This document shows, piece after piece, positions 13,401 to 31,000 of a stretch of 64,000 bases of DNA (its first letter is position 1; each line of letters opens with the position of its first letter). Under the pieces are notes generated by a model that saw only the letters and a program-made list of their open reading frames with translations, had not been told where the DNA came from and did no database searches. The position numbers were made by a program, and so were the translations under genes. The DNA comes from Dimorphilus gyrociliatus (taxonomy: Eukaryota > Animalia > Annelida): NCBI GenBank assembly GCA_904063045.1, contig CAJFCJ010000004.1:1605713-1669712 (forward strand), given 5' to 3'.

Positions 13401-14651
13401 AATACAGTACCAAATGCTGCGATTATTATTGACGACTTACTAAAGAAAGGAGCGGACATAAATTTGCAAACTGATCATAATGGAGAAACAGCACTACATC
13501 TTGCAGCAGTTAATGGAAGAGCTGATGTTGTGGAAAAATTATTATCCGTACAGGCTGATCCTAATATTACCGATCACACAGGCAGAACTCCTCTTCATCG
13601 TTCTGTCGCAGCCGATTCACCATCTGTTTATAAAGTTCTAATGAGAGATCCTAGAACAGATTTGAATGCAAGGAAAGCAGATGGACGAACCGCTTTGATG
13701 CTAGCATGCAGTTTAGCAATAGATGATGCCGTTGCTACTTTGTTAGGCGCCGACTGTGATGTAAATATAAGTGATAATGACGGAAAAACAGCTCTACATT
13801 GGGCAGCTTTAGTCGACAATGTCTTTGCTGTTCAATCTCTACTGCAGAAGGGCTGTAATATAGACGCCCAGACGTCAAAAGATGAAACTGCTTTACTTTT
13901 GGCTGCAAAGGAGGGTAATTTTCCAGTTGTTGAAATTCTTTTATCTTGGGGAGCAAATCGTGATATAACTGACTATCAGGACCGTTTGGCTAGGGACATT
14001 GCCAGCGATAGGAGATTTACCGCTATTGTTGAATTACTCGATCAAACATCAGCTGATTTGAGATTAGGCGTACAGCAAAATATCTGTCAGACAACTAAAC
14101 CACGAAAAAAACGATCTAATAATAAAGATACGGATCGTGAGAAGAAACCTCGAAAGACTAAAAAGCAGAAAGAAGCCGAAAAACTTCAACAAACGCGATT
14201 AACTCCCCCTTACCACCCTCATGCACCAGTTATAAAAACTGAGGAAATGCCGCCTGCATGTTCTAAAGCCTACATTCAGCAACCAATTCCTGAGTTTGCA
14301 ATGACCACTGAGTGCATACCGGTAGCTCATTGGACGACAACATTAACGCCTGAAACTGATAACAACTTGGCATCTCCAAGTAGCAACGGAAGCGTTTGCA
14401 AAAATGGATCTCCCTCTCGTTACCAAGGCGCTCAGATGGCTCAGCCTCAATATAACTCCTATTATCCAACGCCACCTAGTCAAACGTCATCTAATATAAT
14501 GCCCCTAACACCTACACCAACTCCTACAACCCCATCATCTCCCGGTCAATGGGATTCTTGCTCACCGAATAGTGATGCAAACTGGTCGGACGACACTCAT
14601 AGTCCTCTGCAAATGCAACAAAAGCCTAGGCCGAACAAATATTACATTTGA
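4992..14651 (+). CDS. Notch: Notch receptor (33 EGF repeats, 3 LNR, HD with furin sites, TM, RAM, ankyrin repeats, PEST)
   Basis: Signal peptide [17 protein letters not shown]; tandem EGF exons 5230-11985; three LNR repeats; RVKR/RIKR S1 sites; TM then RRLKRR and WLP RAM motif; ANK repeats ([24 protein letters not shown]); PTPPSQ and SPGQW..WSD PEST motifs. Confidence 0.98.
5938..6035. promoter_or_regulatory. GC-rich promoter/enhancer-like island in Notch intron 2
   Basis: CACGCG 5941, CCAAT 5967, CSL site 6008 and GC box CCGCCC 6026 in a locally GC-rich patch. Confidence 0.4.
7956..7981. repeat. (TAA)n microsatellite in a Notch intron
   Basis: Uninterrupted TAA units. Confidence 0.9.
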
Positions 14652-14744
14652 ACAATTTTTATTTGTTTTTCTAATCTTATTTTTTTAATTTTATCTTTGA
14701 AAACTTCGTTTGTTTATATTTTTATCTTTTGGAAATATAGTATT

Positions 14745-17328
14745 TTACAATTTTGCCTGTACATTTCCACTTGATAACAGTTGATAACATTCTACCAAAG
14801 CAGATCCGATGCTTTCGGCCATGCGTTGACTTTCAGTTTCTGGGCTCGTTTTCCAAGATGAAATAGAAAAATTTATCGAATTCGACTGAGGATTATAACA
14901 CAGTCCGTATCCATCGGGAACCACAGGTCCGAATCCTAATAAGCAACCAGTTTTAGAGGCTACTTGACTGGTACTTAATTTCCAATGTGAAGTTTCAGCT
15001 ACCGATGGTTCCATCAATAGGTCAGGAATGTTTTTTCCGTGTTCCTTTGCAATAAGCTTGAGACCGAGTAAATGTCTATCAACCCCACCACCTCCAACTG
15101 CCCATTGAGTGTATTGTCTATGAGCGTTGATAGCATTAAGTAGTAATTTTCTCTTCGTCTCGACATCTTCCGAGAATTTAGATGAAATCATTGCTTGAGC
15201 AAACTCATGAGAAGCGTTTGTGCAGCTTCGAATGGTGTCCGTTCGTCCATGTCGATATTTCCTCAGAGAGGCGGATTCGTAGGTTGCGCATGAGCGACCA
15301 TATATCTTGTTATAAGCCAACTGGAAACCTACCTGTATAAAGGCGTCTGGACTAACTTTAAGCTTTTTAATGGCTTCTTTCCCAAAATCTTTAAATACAT
15401 ATCCAACTAAGGATAAATCGCTTATAAGTGTATCTATGTTTTTTCCAGCTTCCTCAATACCATGTTGTATTTCTTCGTTTACATTAAAATTCAAAACTTC
15501 AGGTTCCGGCAAACCGTCAATAGAGCCGTCAGGTGCAGTTTTGTTAGATCTCCTTTGAAAGTAACACCGTTTTATAATTGGAAAAAGATATTTCTTACAA
15601 AAAAATAACTCACGCATGAATTAAAGCATGATCAAGAATTGAAACGATAGGTGGTCCTTCTGCCGAACTATGTTCATACGTTAACCCAACTTGTCCATCT
15701 TCAGATACAATGAACTGAAGCGTTTTATCAAACCATCTGTTAGCTGAATTATTCTTAGAGCCACATCCATGATTCATTTGATTTATGCCAACGCTAAAAC
15801 ACAATCAAACAGTAATATTAATAAAAATTGTAGGTCTTGCCAATTAGTTAATTAACTACCTGAACTCATCTCTTCCATCGAAGGGTATAGCTTTATCAAA
15901 ACAAACTGTAGCTATAGACTTCTCAATGAGCTTTAAATTCTTTTCATTTTCGGGATCAACTGTAAAAGAATAATATAAAAAGGATATAACTAGAACTGCA
16001 TCAAATTCAATAGATAATTACGATTTTTCAACTTGTCGTAATATAGTCCCCATGTGTTACGATTCTCGGATGTAAGAATACCAACTCCAGGAGATTTTAC
16101 TGAAAACGACTTCTTAAATATTTTACGAAGCTGTTCGCACAGTTGATTCGTAGTGAGTGGGTTATCATCCTTATCATAGACGTCCAACTTAAAGAACTTT
16201 TGAAAGACGTTTTGAATAAATTTCAATAATTAACTCTAAACAGTAATATTAAAATACTGACGGCATTATTACAAATAATGATAATATGACGTGGTGGGTC
16301 TTTTTCAGTTGGGGGATAAACAGCAAATGAATCCCTTTTCTTTCCAGGAATTCTGCATGCGCTCAAAATCTGATAATATTGATACATGCACAACGGATTA
16401 TTGCCCATAGCTTCGATCGGAACATTCTGATTATCGACGACTTTCTTATAATCCAAAACACCAGAGATAAGACGTGCAGTATAGCTGATAGTGAAATATT
16501 AATAATTATTCTATACATCAAAACAGAATTATCTATATACAAACTCCAATTGATCATCTCTGCTATTAAACTTTTGTCTCGGGCATAATATACCAGGGCT
16601 ACTATGAACAACAACAGGTAATCTATAATCGAGGTAAGCTGTATGTAGCCACCATTCTTCTAGCTGTATGTAAATAAGTTATACCGTTCTTTACTGCTTC
16701 TTATAAAAAAATTGACAAACCCAATTGAGTTCCTCTTGTGCTCTAGTTTCAAGCAGTTTCTGTAATTCTGTCCCACTTTTACCAAATTCCTTTGCTAATT
16801 TCTCAACTTCATTAAGTTCATTAGCAGATAATAGAGGGCGGCAGGTATCGAGAAAACGTGATAGCGTTTGATCTAAAGGTGGAACCGGTAACCTTGGAAT
16901 AGACTCTTGATGAAGAAAAACTCTTCCCAGTGGTTGTCTAAATTGAATGGCTTTGCTACATAGCCTCAATTCCAGTGATGTTTTACGGCCCTATATATTA
17001 ATAGAAGTTAAGAAAATGAAAGCATAGACTGTTAAATCAATGAAAATTTAGAGAATAAAATAAAGTTATTGTCAGTTAGCTTGTCATCAATTGGAAAGAT
17101 GTTTGTGTGTTTTTTTTTATTAAAAAAAAAATCACAGTAAAGCTCCTACCATTTGAAACCCCAATGATTTCTAGTATCTTAGAGCTGTTTGATGAATTGT
17201 GTATATTTAGAAAAAAATTTCGTTTAATTTGTAAACATTTTTATGCCATTTACATAAAAATATCTTAAATAGATATATTAATCTATTTGTTTCTAAGTAC
17301 GTACCAGAGTCGCAATACGTTTCCACAT
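14745..17328 (-). CDS. CRAT: Carnitine O-acetyltransferase
   Basis: IPRLPVPPLDQTL, NRWFDKTLQF, catalytic YEHSSAEGPP, TYESASLRKYRHGRTDTIRS, GVDRHLLGL, LSTSQV, FGPVVPDGYGLCYN; ends AKL (PTS1). Candidate first exon MWKRIATL (17328-17305) splices in phase 0 to 16990. Confidence 0.95.
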
Positions 17329-17580
17329 TATGGTGTACTTTGTTTAGCTGTAAACTTTATGTTGTAAAATAGGACCTTTCTCTGTCGTCTGCTAGGACTT
17401 GAACTATGAATTTTGTATTAGTTGATAGTGTTTAATTAATGTTTATTATGATATATCAGCGAGTTCTTCAATTTCAGGCTCTAACCAACAAATAGATGTA
17501 CTGTAAATAATTATCTAATCGTGTTCAATTGCTTTATCATGTTATACAGAGAAAGTGCAAGAGGACATCAGAAGGGTACG

Positions 17581-17599
17581 AAGGTCAGGCGCCTGCGCA
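17581..17599. promoter_or_regulatory. Nuclear-receptor half site plus NRF1-like motif upstream of CRAT
   Basis: AAGGTCA followed by GCGCCTGCGCA. NRF1/ERR-type sites are typical of promoters for mitochondrial genes. Confidence 0.35.
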
Positions 17600-17812
17600 G
17601 TCGGCTCTTTTTGTACGTAAATATACAAACGTCTTTAGCGAAACGCCATCTCTCGGATAATAGATTAATCACAAGTCTTTACTTCTTATTGCATCAGTTG
17701 TAATCCATTTATACATTTTTATTGCATTTTATTTCCATTTAGACAAACAGTAAAAACAAAAAACAAGTCTTTTTTTACAACATATTGATACAATTAAGCA
17801 GATTTTTAGAGG

Positions 17813-18671
<859 letters not shown>

Positions 18672-19033
18672 CGTTTCTCAACTGTTCAAGGTAGGAATAG
18701 AATTTATTGCAAAAAATCCCAAAGTTTAATCAACAGACTTAAGATAAAAATTCAAACATTTGCTTGCGCTACAATAAAAATTAAAAATCATACCCTAAAA
18801 TATAAAACTTTTAATGATTTTAGAAGCTTCAGCAAAAAAGAGTATTGCAAGCTGTTTTTATTATTTCATATCAACGTTTGGGGGCGCCACCAGTAAAACC
18901 TTTTATTATATTTTATTATAGACGGATAGTCTCATTTATATTGTTTGCCAAAATCTAGCAGACGATAGAGCTATTCTCGAAACTTCTCTATTCCGGCAAG
19001 GAAGACTACATTTTAAGTATAAAAAACCAAAAA

Positions 19034-19885
19034 TATGGCAAGCGTTGAAGAAGTAAGAGTTTAAAAATCATTCATAGAATAAAATAATATTTTTTAATTT
19101 TAAAATAGCTAAAGCAAGACTGTTTGGAAATCGAAAAACTCTTAAATAGTGCAGTTAGACCAAAAGTGAAAGAACTTTTGGCAAATAATTTAAAGACGTT
19201 ACGGCTACAATGTGTCCAGCTTGAACAAAAACTTTTAAAAGAGACTAAGAAATCAGACGACGAACCAAAAAAAGCGAAAAAAAGACCCGTATCGCAAATA
19301 TCCACCTATGGATGGGATCAGTCAGAGAAATTCATGAAAATTTACGTCACCGTTCAGGGAGTACATACTTTAGATAAGAACAACGTCTCATCTCAATTCA
19401 CTCCAAAGTAATTATATTTTTATAATTTCTTATTTTATAATTATTAATTTTTTGCTAATCCACTTTAAATTATAAGTTCTACTAAGATGATTGTTGAAAA
19501 CTTGAATGATAAAGATTTCTCTCTATCTATTGTCAATTTAAACAAGAATATTGACGAAACAGCTTCATATCATAAGGTTTGAGTAAAATAAAGCAGACGC
19601 GATCAATTTTTGGCCAATTTAAAACTCATTTTCCTCACTTAACAGATCAAAACAGATATGGTTGTACTGTTTTTGAAAAAGAAGGAGATTGGTGTTACTT
19701 GGCCGTATGTGACACAAAAAGATCAAGAGAAATCTGTCCCTAAGATGGATGAAAGTAAGGACCCTGGAGAGAGTATGATGTCAATGTTGCAAAACATGTA
19801 TGAAAGTGGAGATGATGAAATGAAACGAACCATAGCTAAAGCGTGGAGTGAATCTAGAGACAAAAAAGCGGATATGGATATTTAA
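19034..19885 (+). CDS. CACYBP: Calcyclin-binding protein / Siah-interacting protein
   Basis: MASVEE first exon; CS domain YGWDQSEKFMKIYVT; SGS domain DPGESMMSMLQNMYESGDDEMKRTIAKAWSESR. Divergent from FDX2 across about 360 bp. Confidence 0.95.
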
Positions 19886-20011
19886 GAAAACTTTAAATAA
19901 ATAAAAAACAATAGAAACATTTTTCGTTTTTTTATTGAAGCAAAAGTTAGTTTAGAATGTATTCAAAATGTTTCAATACGAAAGATAGATGGCGTAATAG
20001 TGCAAAGGTCG

Positions 20012-20518
20012 ATGTCAGTCATGTTAAAATACTTTAATGGCTACTGGAAGTGGAGCAGAAGAGTAACATCATTAGGAACAAACACTATTCTAGCCTCTGT
20101 TAGCGATGGAAATGCCTCTTTTGCTCCATTTCTCAATTCTCAGTCGTTGTTGTACAGAGAAATCGGTCACCTAGAAAATTTTGAGTCGCTTTCAGCATCC
20201 GGTGGTACTGTAACTAGACAGTACATATATACCTTCAACGATGAAAACGTTATAGTCTTTCATTGCTCAGCAAGTGATCGAGGAAACGTGGATCCTAGAT
20301 CAGCACCAAATGCAGAAAATTTTACTCGCTTGACAGAATTTCACCGATTTAAGTCGAATACAACAACAGCTGAATGCGTACATATATGTATTGATGACAA
20401 ATACACTGGGTTATATAATTTTGTATCAGATGCGAAATTTGAGCTGCAGTGGACTGTTATCGGACCAAACAAGAACTATAAAATTAGTACCATTTACGAT
20501 AAATTAATAGATCCATAA
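20012..20518 (+). CDS. Intronless DUF6314-like protein
   Basis: Single ORF; pattern F.G.W.W.R ... LLYREIG ... R.Y.Y ... FH ... HICIDDKYTGLYNF ... WTVIGPNKNYKISTIY resembles the DUF6314 family as recalled (bacteria, fungi). Confidence 0.75.
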   Translation: MSVMLKYFNGYWKWSRRVTSLGTNTILASVSDGNASFAPFLNSQSLLYREIGHLENFESLSASGGTVTRQYIYTFNDENVIVFHCSASDRGNVDPRSAPNAENFTRLTEFHRFKSNTTTAECVHICIDDKYTGLYNFVSDAKFELQWTVIGPNKNYKISTIYDKLIDP

Positions 20519-20591
20519 ATACAAATTGAACACATTAAATAAATTCTCTTCCTAATTATCTCCGTTAGGTGGTGCTGTTATAGGAAATAAG

Positions 20592-20599
20592 TTTCGCGC
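20592..20599 (+). promoter_or_regulatory. E2F consensus site upstream of XRCC3
   Basis: TTTCGCGC about 35 nt upstream of the XRCC3 ATG. Confidence 0.45.
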
Positions 20600-20632
20600 T
20601 AAAAATTTTCCATAGACAATCTTTTATAATAG

Positions 20633-22070
20633 ATGTTCATGATGTCATTCCAAGACAATTTGCCAAGATATTTGCGGCCTATTTGTTCTGAAAGCAAGTA
20701 TTAGACCACTGACATTTGAAACTATTACAAACTGCGAATAAAAGCTTTTTCGAAAGTCTTGTCTTATTATCGCTCAATTAAAAATAAATCGTTTCAGAAA
20801 AAATAACTTGGCAAAAGGTTGCTCTTTCAACTAACAAACAATTGCAAAAGAAATACAAAATAAGCGAATTTGATTGTAAGCATTTACGCTGCGCCTCCGA
20901 GAGCTGTGTTACAGTGCCCCCACTAAGAACCGGTAAACCCCCTCCCAAATGATTCTATTCGGCTATAATAAATTGAGAATATCCTTAATAATTCCTTTAT
21001 AGCCAAGGAATATTTGTCGATGAACGAACAATATTATATGAGTACTGGATGTGATATAATAAACGAATATTTAAAAGGTCTATTTCACTGTAATTATGTT
21101 TCATTTTCTATACTCTTTCTTTTACCTTTTACAGGAGGTATCCCCAGGCAAGGAATAACTGAAATTACAGGAGAAAGTGGTTGTGGAAAGACCCAATTGT
21201 CTCTGCAATTGTCATTGATTGCTCAATTACCATCATCTAAAGGAGGATTAGACGGGAGTAAATTATTAGATATGTCATAAAAAATAATAGAAAATATTTG
21301 ATCGTATAAAATTCATGTTCAGTGACAGTATATATTGAAACTGAAGGAAAGTTTGCTCACGCCCGTCTAAGGCAGTTAGCAGAATCCATTAGCGAAAAAT
21401 TTGGTGTAAACGTCACAAAATTGCAGAGCAATGTTCTTGTTCGAGAATGTAAAGAAGTTGTAAGTTGAACCTGATATTTTCACAGATTTTTCCTTTTATC
21501 CAATAATAAACTTTATGCTATTCTTTTTTAGGATGATTTAGTATATTGCATATCGACCTTGTTGAAAAATATTATTAAGGACAGACCAATCAAGTTAATT
21601 ATTATTGATTCCATTGCCGCATTGTTCCGTAGTGAATTTTCCTATAGTGAATCTATAGCTAGGGCAGAAAAGTTGAATAAAATTGGAGTTTGTCTAAAAG
21701 AATATAGTGCAAACTACGGCACTGTTGTTGTTTGCACAAATCAAGTAATTACATAACTATATACGTGATTTAAAGGCATTTTTTAATGTCAATGAACTCG
21801 TCTCTCATCCTATCTTATTTTCTATAGGTTAGTGCGAATATAAAAGAACACGGAAGAGAGGGTGAGCTCAACGTTAAACCTGCTTTAGGTTTAGCTTGGT
21901 CTAATCTTGTAACAACTAGATTGATGATGCGCCGTTTACGTTCTACTGATGCTACTTCTCGATTTATTAACGTTATCTACTCTCCTTTATTACCATCATT
22001 TCTATTCTCGTCTTGTAATTTTATTATAGAAAAATCTGGGGTAAAAGGGGTACCCAATCACGATTTTTAA
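20633..22070 (+). CDS. XRCC3: RAD51 paralog XRCC3 (multi-exon)
   Basis: STGCDIINEYLKGGIPRQGITEITGESGCGKTQL (Walker A), GGLDG, VYIETEG, LIIIDSIAALFRSEF (Walker B), NQV, VKPALGLAWSNLVTTRL. N-terminal exon joins through a GC-AG intron. Confidence 0.9.
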
Positions 22071-22621
22071 ATATAATATTATACATGAGTCATTTTAATG
22101 AAGAATAACAGATGCAAAAGTGACTTTTCAAATTCCGTATGTTGTGGAAAAAATGCAAACGTTTTATAATACAGTATTATGCATTAAAATAGGCCTTATT
22201 TTACATCATTGATGGAATCAGAACCAGACTTTTGACGTCATTGCTCAGCGCTGATTGGCTAACATACTCCATTACCAAAGATGGCGTGGACGCCATTGAA
22301 TTTCGGAATCTGATCGTCTCGGCATTACAGTTTTCTAAACTATAATTGCTCATTTGTTAACCGCAGGCCGAAATCTTGTTCTTTTACTCGTAACTTAATT
22401 CGTACATAAAGCGATTGGATATACGTAAAAAAACGGTGTTTTAACCAGCCGACTACGTCCTCCAAACATACAAAGGAAGTGTGCAGCGATTTATGCGAAT
22501 GACATATCTGCCTTTTGAAGGAGAATTTATCATTTAATAGAGATCTTCATAGAATTTATATTGCTTGTGCAATGAACTAGATAAGCTCTGTTTTAAAAAC
22601 CGGCTAAATTTATTATTCAAA

Positions 22622-28010
<5,389 letters not shown>

Positions 28011-28298
28011 TGAATTGCTGCTGCCGAGGTCAATGTGATATACAATATCCACGTGTTTTTGTATTATATTTCATCAGTTCTCTCTTTCATGTGCGCTGAC
28101 ACTTGACTCTCGCTCTCTACTTTATCTAATTATACATATGCGTACATATATGTTATATACGTGTATTCATAGAGTTTACAAATTCTGACATTTTTCGTAT
28201 GCAATGTTTATGAATGGTTTTAATATTGTTAACGTATTCTGTACCGATATAATTGTAAAAGGCTGTAAAGAGGAATAAGCAAATTTATTTTCTGACTA

Positions 28299-28879
28299 TC
28301 AATCAAAACGAATTCCTGTTGCAGCTTTTCTCCTTTTAACACCTGGATTTATCTTAGACATACCTGGTTCTTTAGGTACTTGTTTTGACTTATTGGCAGG
28401 TGAAGTATCGGGTATGAGACTTTCTTTAACTGGGCTTCGAAATTGTTTTTCATTTTCTAACTCTCTAACTTTGTTCGATTGGTCTTTGAGTTGTAGAAAC
28501 ATACTTGAAAATGTCGACTTTATCATCTCATCTCTTTTCGTTTCTTCGGCTTCTATTAGTTCCACTTGTATATCGCTCGTATATTCAAGTAATAATTTTT
28601 GGTCAGCTAACTTGGTTAGGCTTAGATCAGTACTCGAAGAAGTCCTGCAAAAACATATTAAATGAAGTAAACGAATTCAACGAGAGACATTTCATACCAT
28701 ACGTTCTTTACTATTTCTTGGATCATCTTCGTCCTATTGCGATTTTCGCAAATCCAGACGTTTCGAGTGTCGGTAATTGACAAACTGTTGGTTGACGAAT
28801 TAGCCAAGACAAAATATTCCGTTTTGCCCCCAACTTTAACGTTCTGTATCACTTCCGAATTCGAAATGTATGTTGCCAT
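28299..28879 (-). CDS. PAXX: PAXX-like NHEJ factor (XRCC4/XLF paralog)
   Basis: Two exons (54-nt intron); head domain ending VW, coiled coil, and C-terminus PGMSKINPGVKRRKAATGIRFD matching the human Ku-binding tail PGESLINPGFKSKKPAGGVDFD. Confidence 0.8.
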
Positions 28880-29785
28880 GCTAATAATTACAAAACCGTT
28901 AAATGAGAATTATCTAATTAATAGTAATAGAACGCTCTTTTATGAATTCCTATGAATTACGATAAGCTTCTTTGATGGGACTGACTAAAGTCTGGTGGTA
29001 GCAATTACTCAAAGTATTCTTATGCAATTAGCTACCTATTACTCTCCGACAGAATTTTATATTTTGAGCTTAATTATATGATTATTATACATCTCAATTA
29101 TCTATATTTACATAATAGTCTATTTGCATAATATAACAATAGATTTTAGATCTAAACGGAAAAGATAAAATATAACAAATTATGTCAGAATACTAGATAA
29201 TGGTATCTGGAAGCCTTTACCTAATATGTAGCTTAAATGAGACACAATAAAATATCAGTTGATTAAGTATTTGTAACTTTAATTATTTTGATTATAATGC
29301 GATAGATTCAGATCCGCTGGAAACTGGTAGTGTTAGAATTTTGCCGTTAAATACGAAACCGAGTATTATTCAACATGGCCGATTTTTGTTTTGGTTGTTG
29401 ACGTGTTCTGTATTAATGCTGATACTCTTCACAACTACATTTTTAGTTGCACAAGCTAAAGAGCCTTTATAAAAGAAAATCATACAGTTGTTTTATAAAT
29501 CTATGTTTCGGTTTTAAATCCTTGTAACGGATAAATAATTAACCACGATAACTTTTAAATTTTATATTTTATGGTACGTTGTAATTTTGAATAGTTTTAG
29601 TGGGCAGTATACCTAAAATAATACCATTAAGCATAATTTTTCCATTAAACCTTATTAACCTTGAATATTGTATATCATACTCGTATTTTTAGCCCCTATA
29701 TCCATTGAGAAATTTAATCTTTTCATTTACAAACAGATCTGTATTATGAATACATTCATCTGGCAACTGTAAGAACAATTTGAAG

Positions 29786-30922
29786 ATGTCTTTCTTGTCA
29801 ATTTTGAACAAGCCTGCAGAAGTGTGTAAGGTAAATACTTAATTTGTTTTTCTGTCAAGTTTAAATCACTCTTAATGCAATATAAAGCATTTCATTTAAT
29901 TGTATTGAAATTCCAGGAATGTGGCTGTCGGTGTTCAGCATGCAAAAATGATCACAGTTTAGATTTACAACATGAAATAGAAACATTAACGGCTAAAGTC
30001 AGAGCTAGCCAGCTTAGGGTTGCCCAAATGGAAAGGGAATTATCAGATAGCAGAGAAGCTGCTGACATTGAACTGAGTCAAACTAGAGATGAACTTATTC
30101 GTTATAAAGATAAATATGATCGTCTTTATGACAACTACAAAAAATTGCAAAGAATTAACCATAATCTCGAAGATACCTCTCTGAAAGTTGTTAGTAGTCC
30201 AATGCTCTTACCACTCAAATGTTTTTATTAAATTAGTTAACAAAGTTTTTTCTTTTTAGGTTTCTAAGAGCAACACGGAGAAAATGGACTTCCGGGAAGA
30301 AATAGAGTCCTTAAAATCGAAATTAGTTGAAGCCAGAGTAATGATCGCCGATCTGGAGGAAGAAAACGTATGTATAAAAATAAGAGGCTTCGAAAATAAT
30401 GACTAATTTCAACAGGAAAAGATAAGTAAAGACTGTTTCTTAGCCGTTCAGCTTTTACAAGCTAAACCTTCCAATTTTGTTGCTCACAAATTAAATACGC
30501 TTCCAATGGAATTACAAGAACGAGTAAGATCACACCTGCCTAGAAATGCTATTCTTCACATCGAACCGAAAGATGGCAGTGGTGTAGACGATTCCTCTGA
30601 AAAACATATACGCGTTCCGATGCCTACTTTCCCGCCTACGGCGATGGTTTATTCAGTCAACAAGGTACCAAAGCCAGTCTCACAAGAAGAATATCGATCA
30701 AACGTCCCAACACCGTTAATAGCCCAAGTACTATCAGAAAACATGCATAAATGGAATAAACGACCGAGGCGGGTGATGGTCTGTTGCAAATGTACAAACA
30801 ATGTAACATTTCATGATAAATCTGTGCAAACACCTTCAAATGGACGGACGACAAGCATACCGTTTTCTTCAACACCTGGCGTACATAGACCTAGAACAAG
30901 TAGTACGGAAACAGAAATTTGA
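29786..30922 (+). CDS. TJAP1: TJAP1/BEGAIN family coiled-coil protein
   Basis: LQRINHNLED..EIESLKSKLVEARVMIADLEEENEKISKDCFLAVQLLQ..HKLNTLPMELQERVRSHL matches the block shared by TJAP1 and BEGAIN. Confidence 0.85.
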
Positions 30923-30950
30923 TATTGGTTTATTTTTAAAGCAATAAAGA

Positions 30951-30990
30951 TAATATAATAATAATAATAGTAATAATAATAATAATAATA
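30951..30990. repeat. (TAA/ATA)n microsatellite between convergent TJAP1 and LRRC73
   Basis: Imperfect ATA run filling half of the 78-bp gap between the two stop codons. Confidence 0.85.
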
Positions 30991-31000
30991 AAAAGAAATA

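Noticed and set aside
20979-20990. U12-like branch motif (TCCTTAAT) in an XRCC3 intron, plus ATATCCTT motifs near 26026 and 54769
   Set aside because: The introns have U2-type donors (GTAAAC, GTAGGA, GTTAGC), not GTATCCTT/ATATCCTT at the 5' end.
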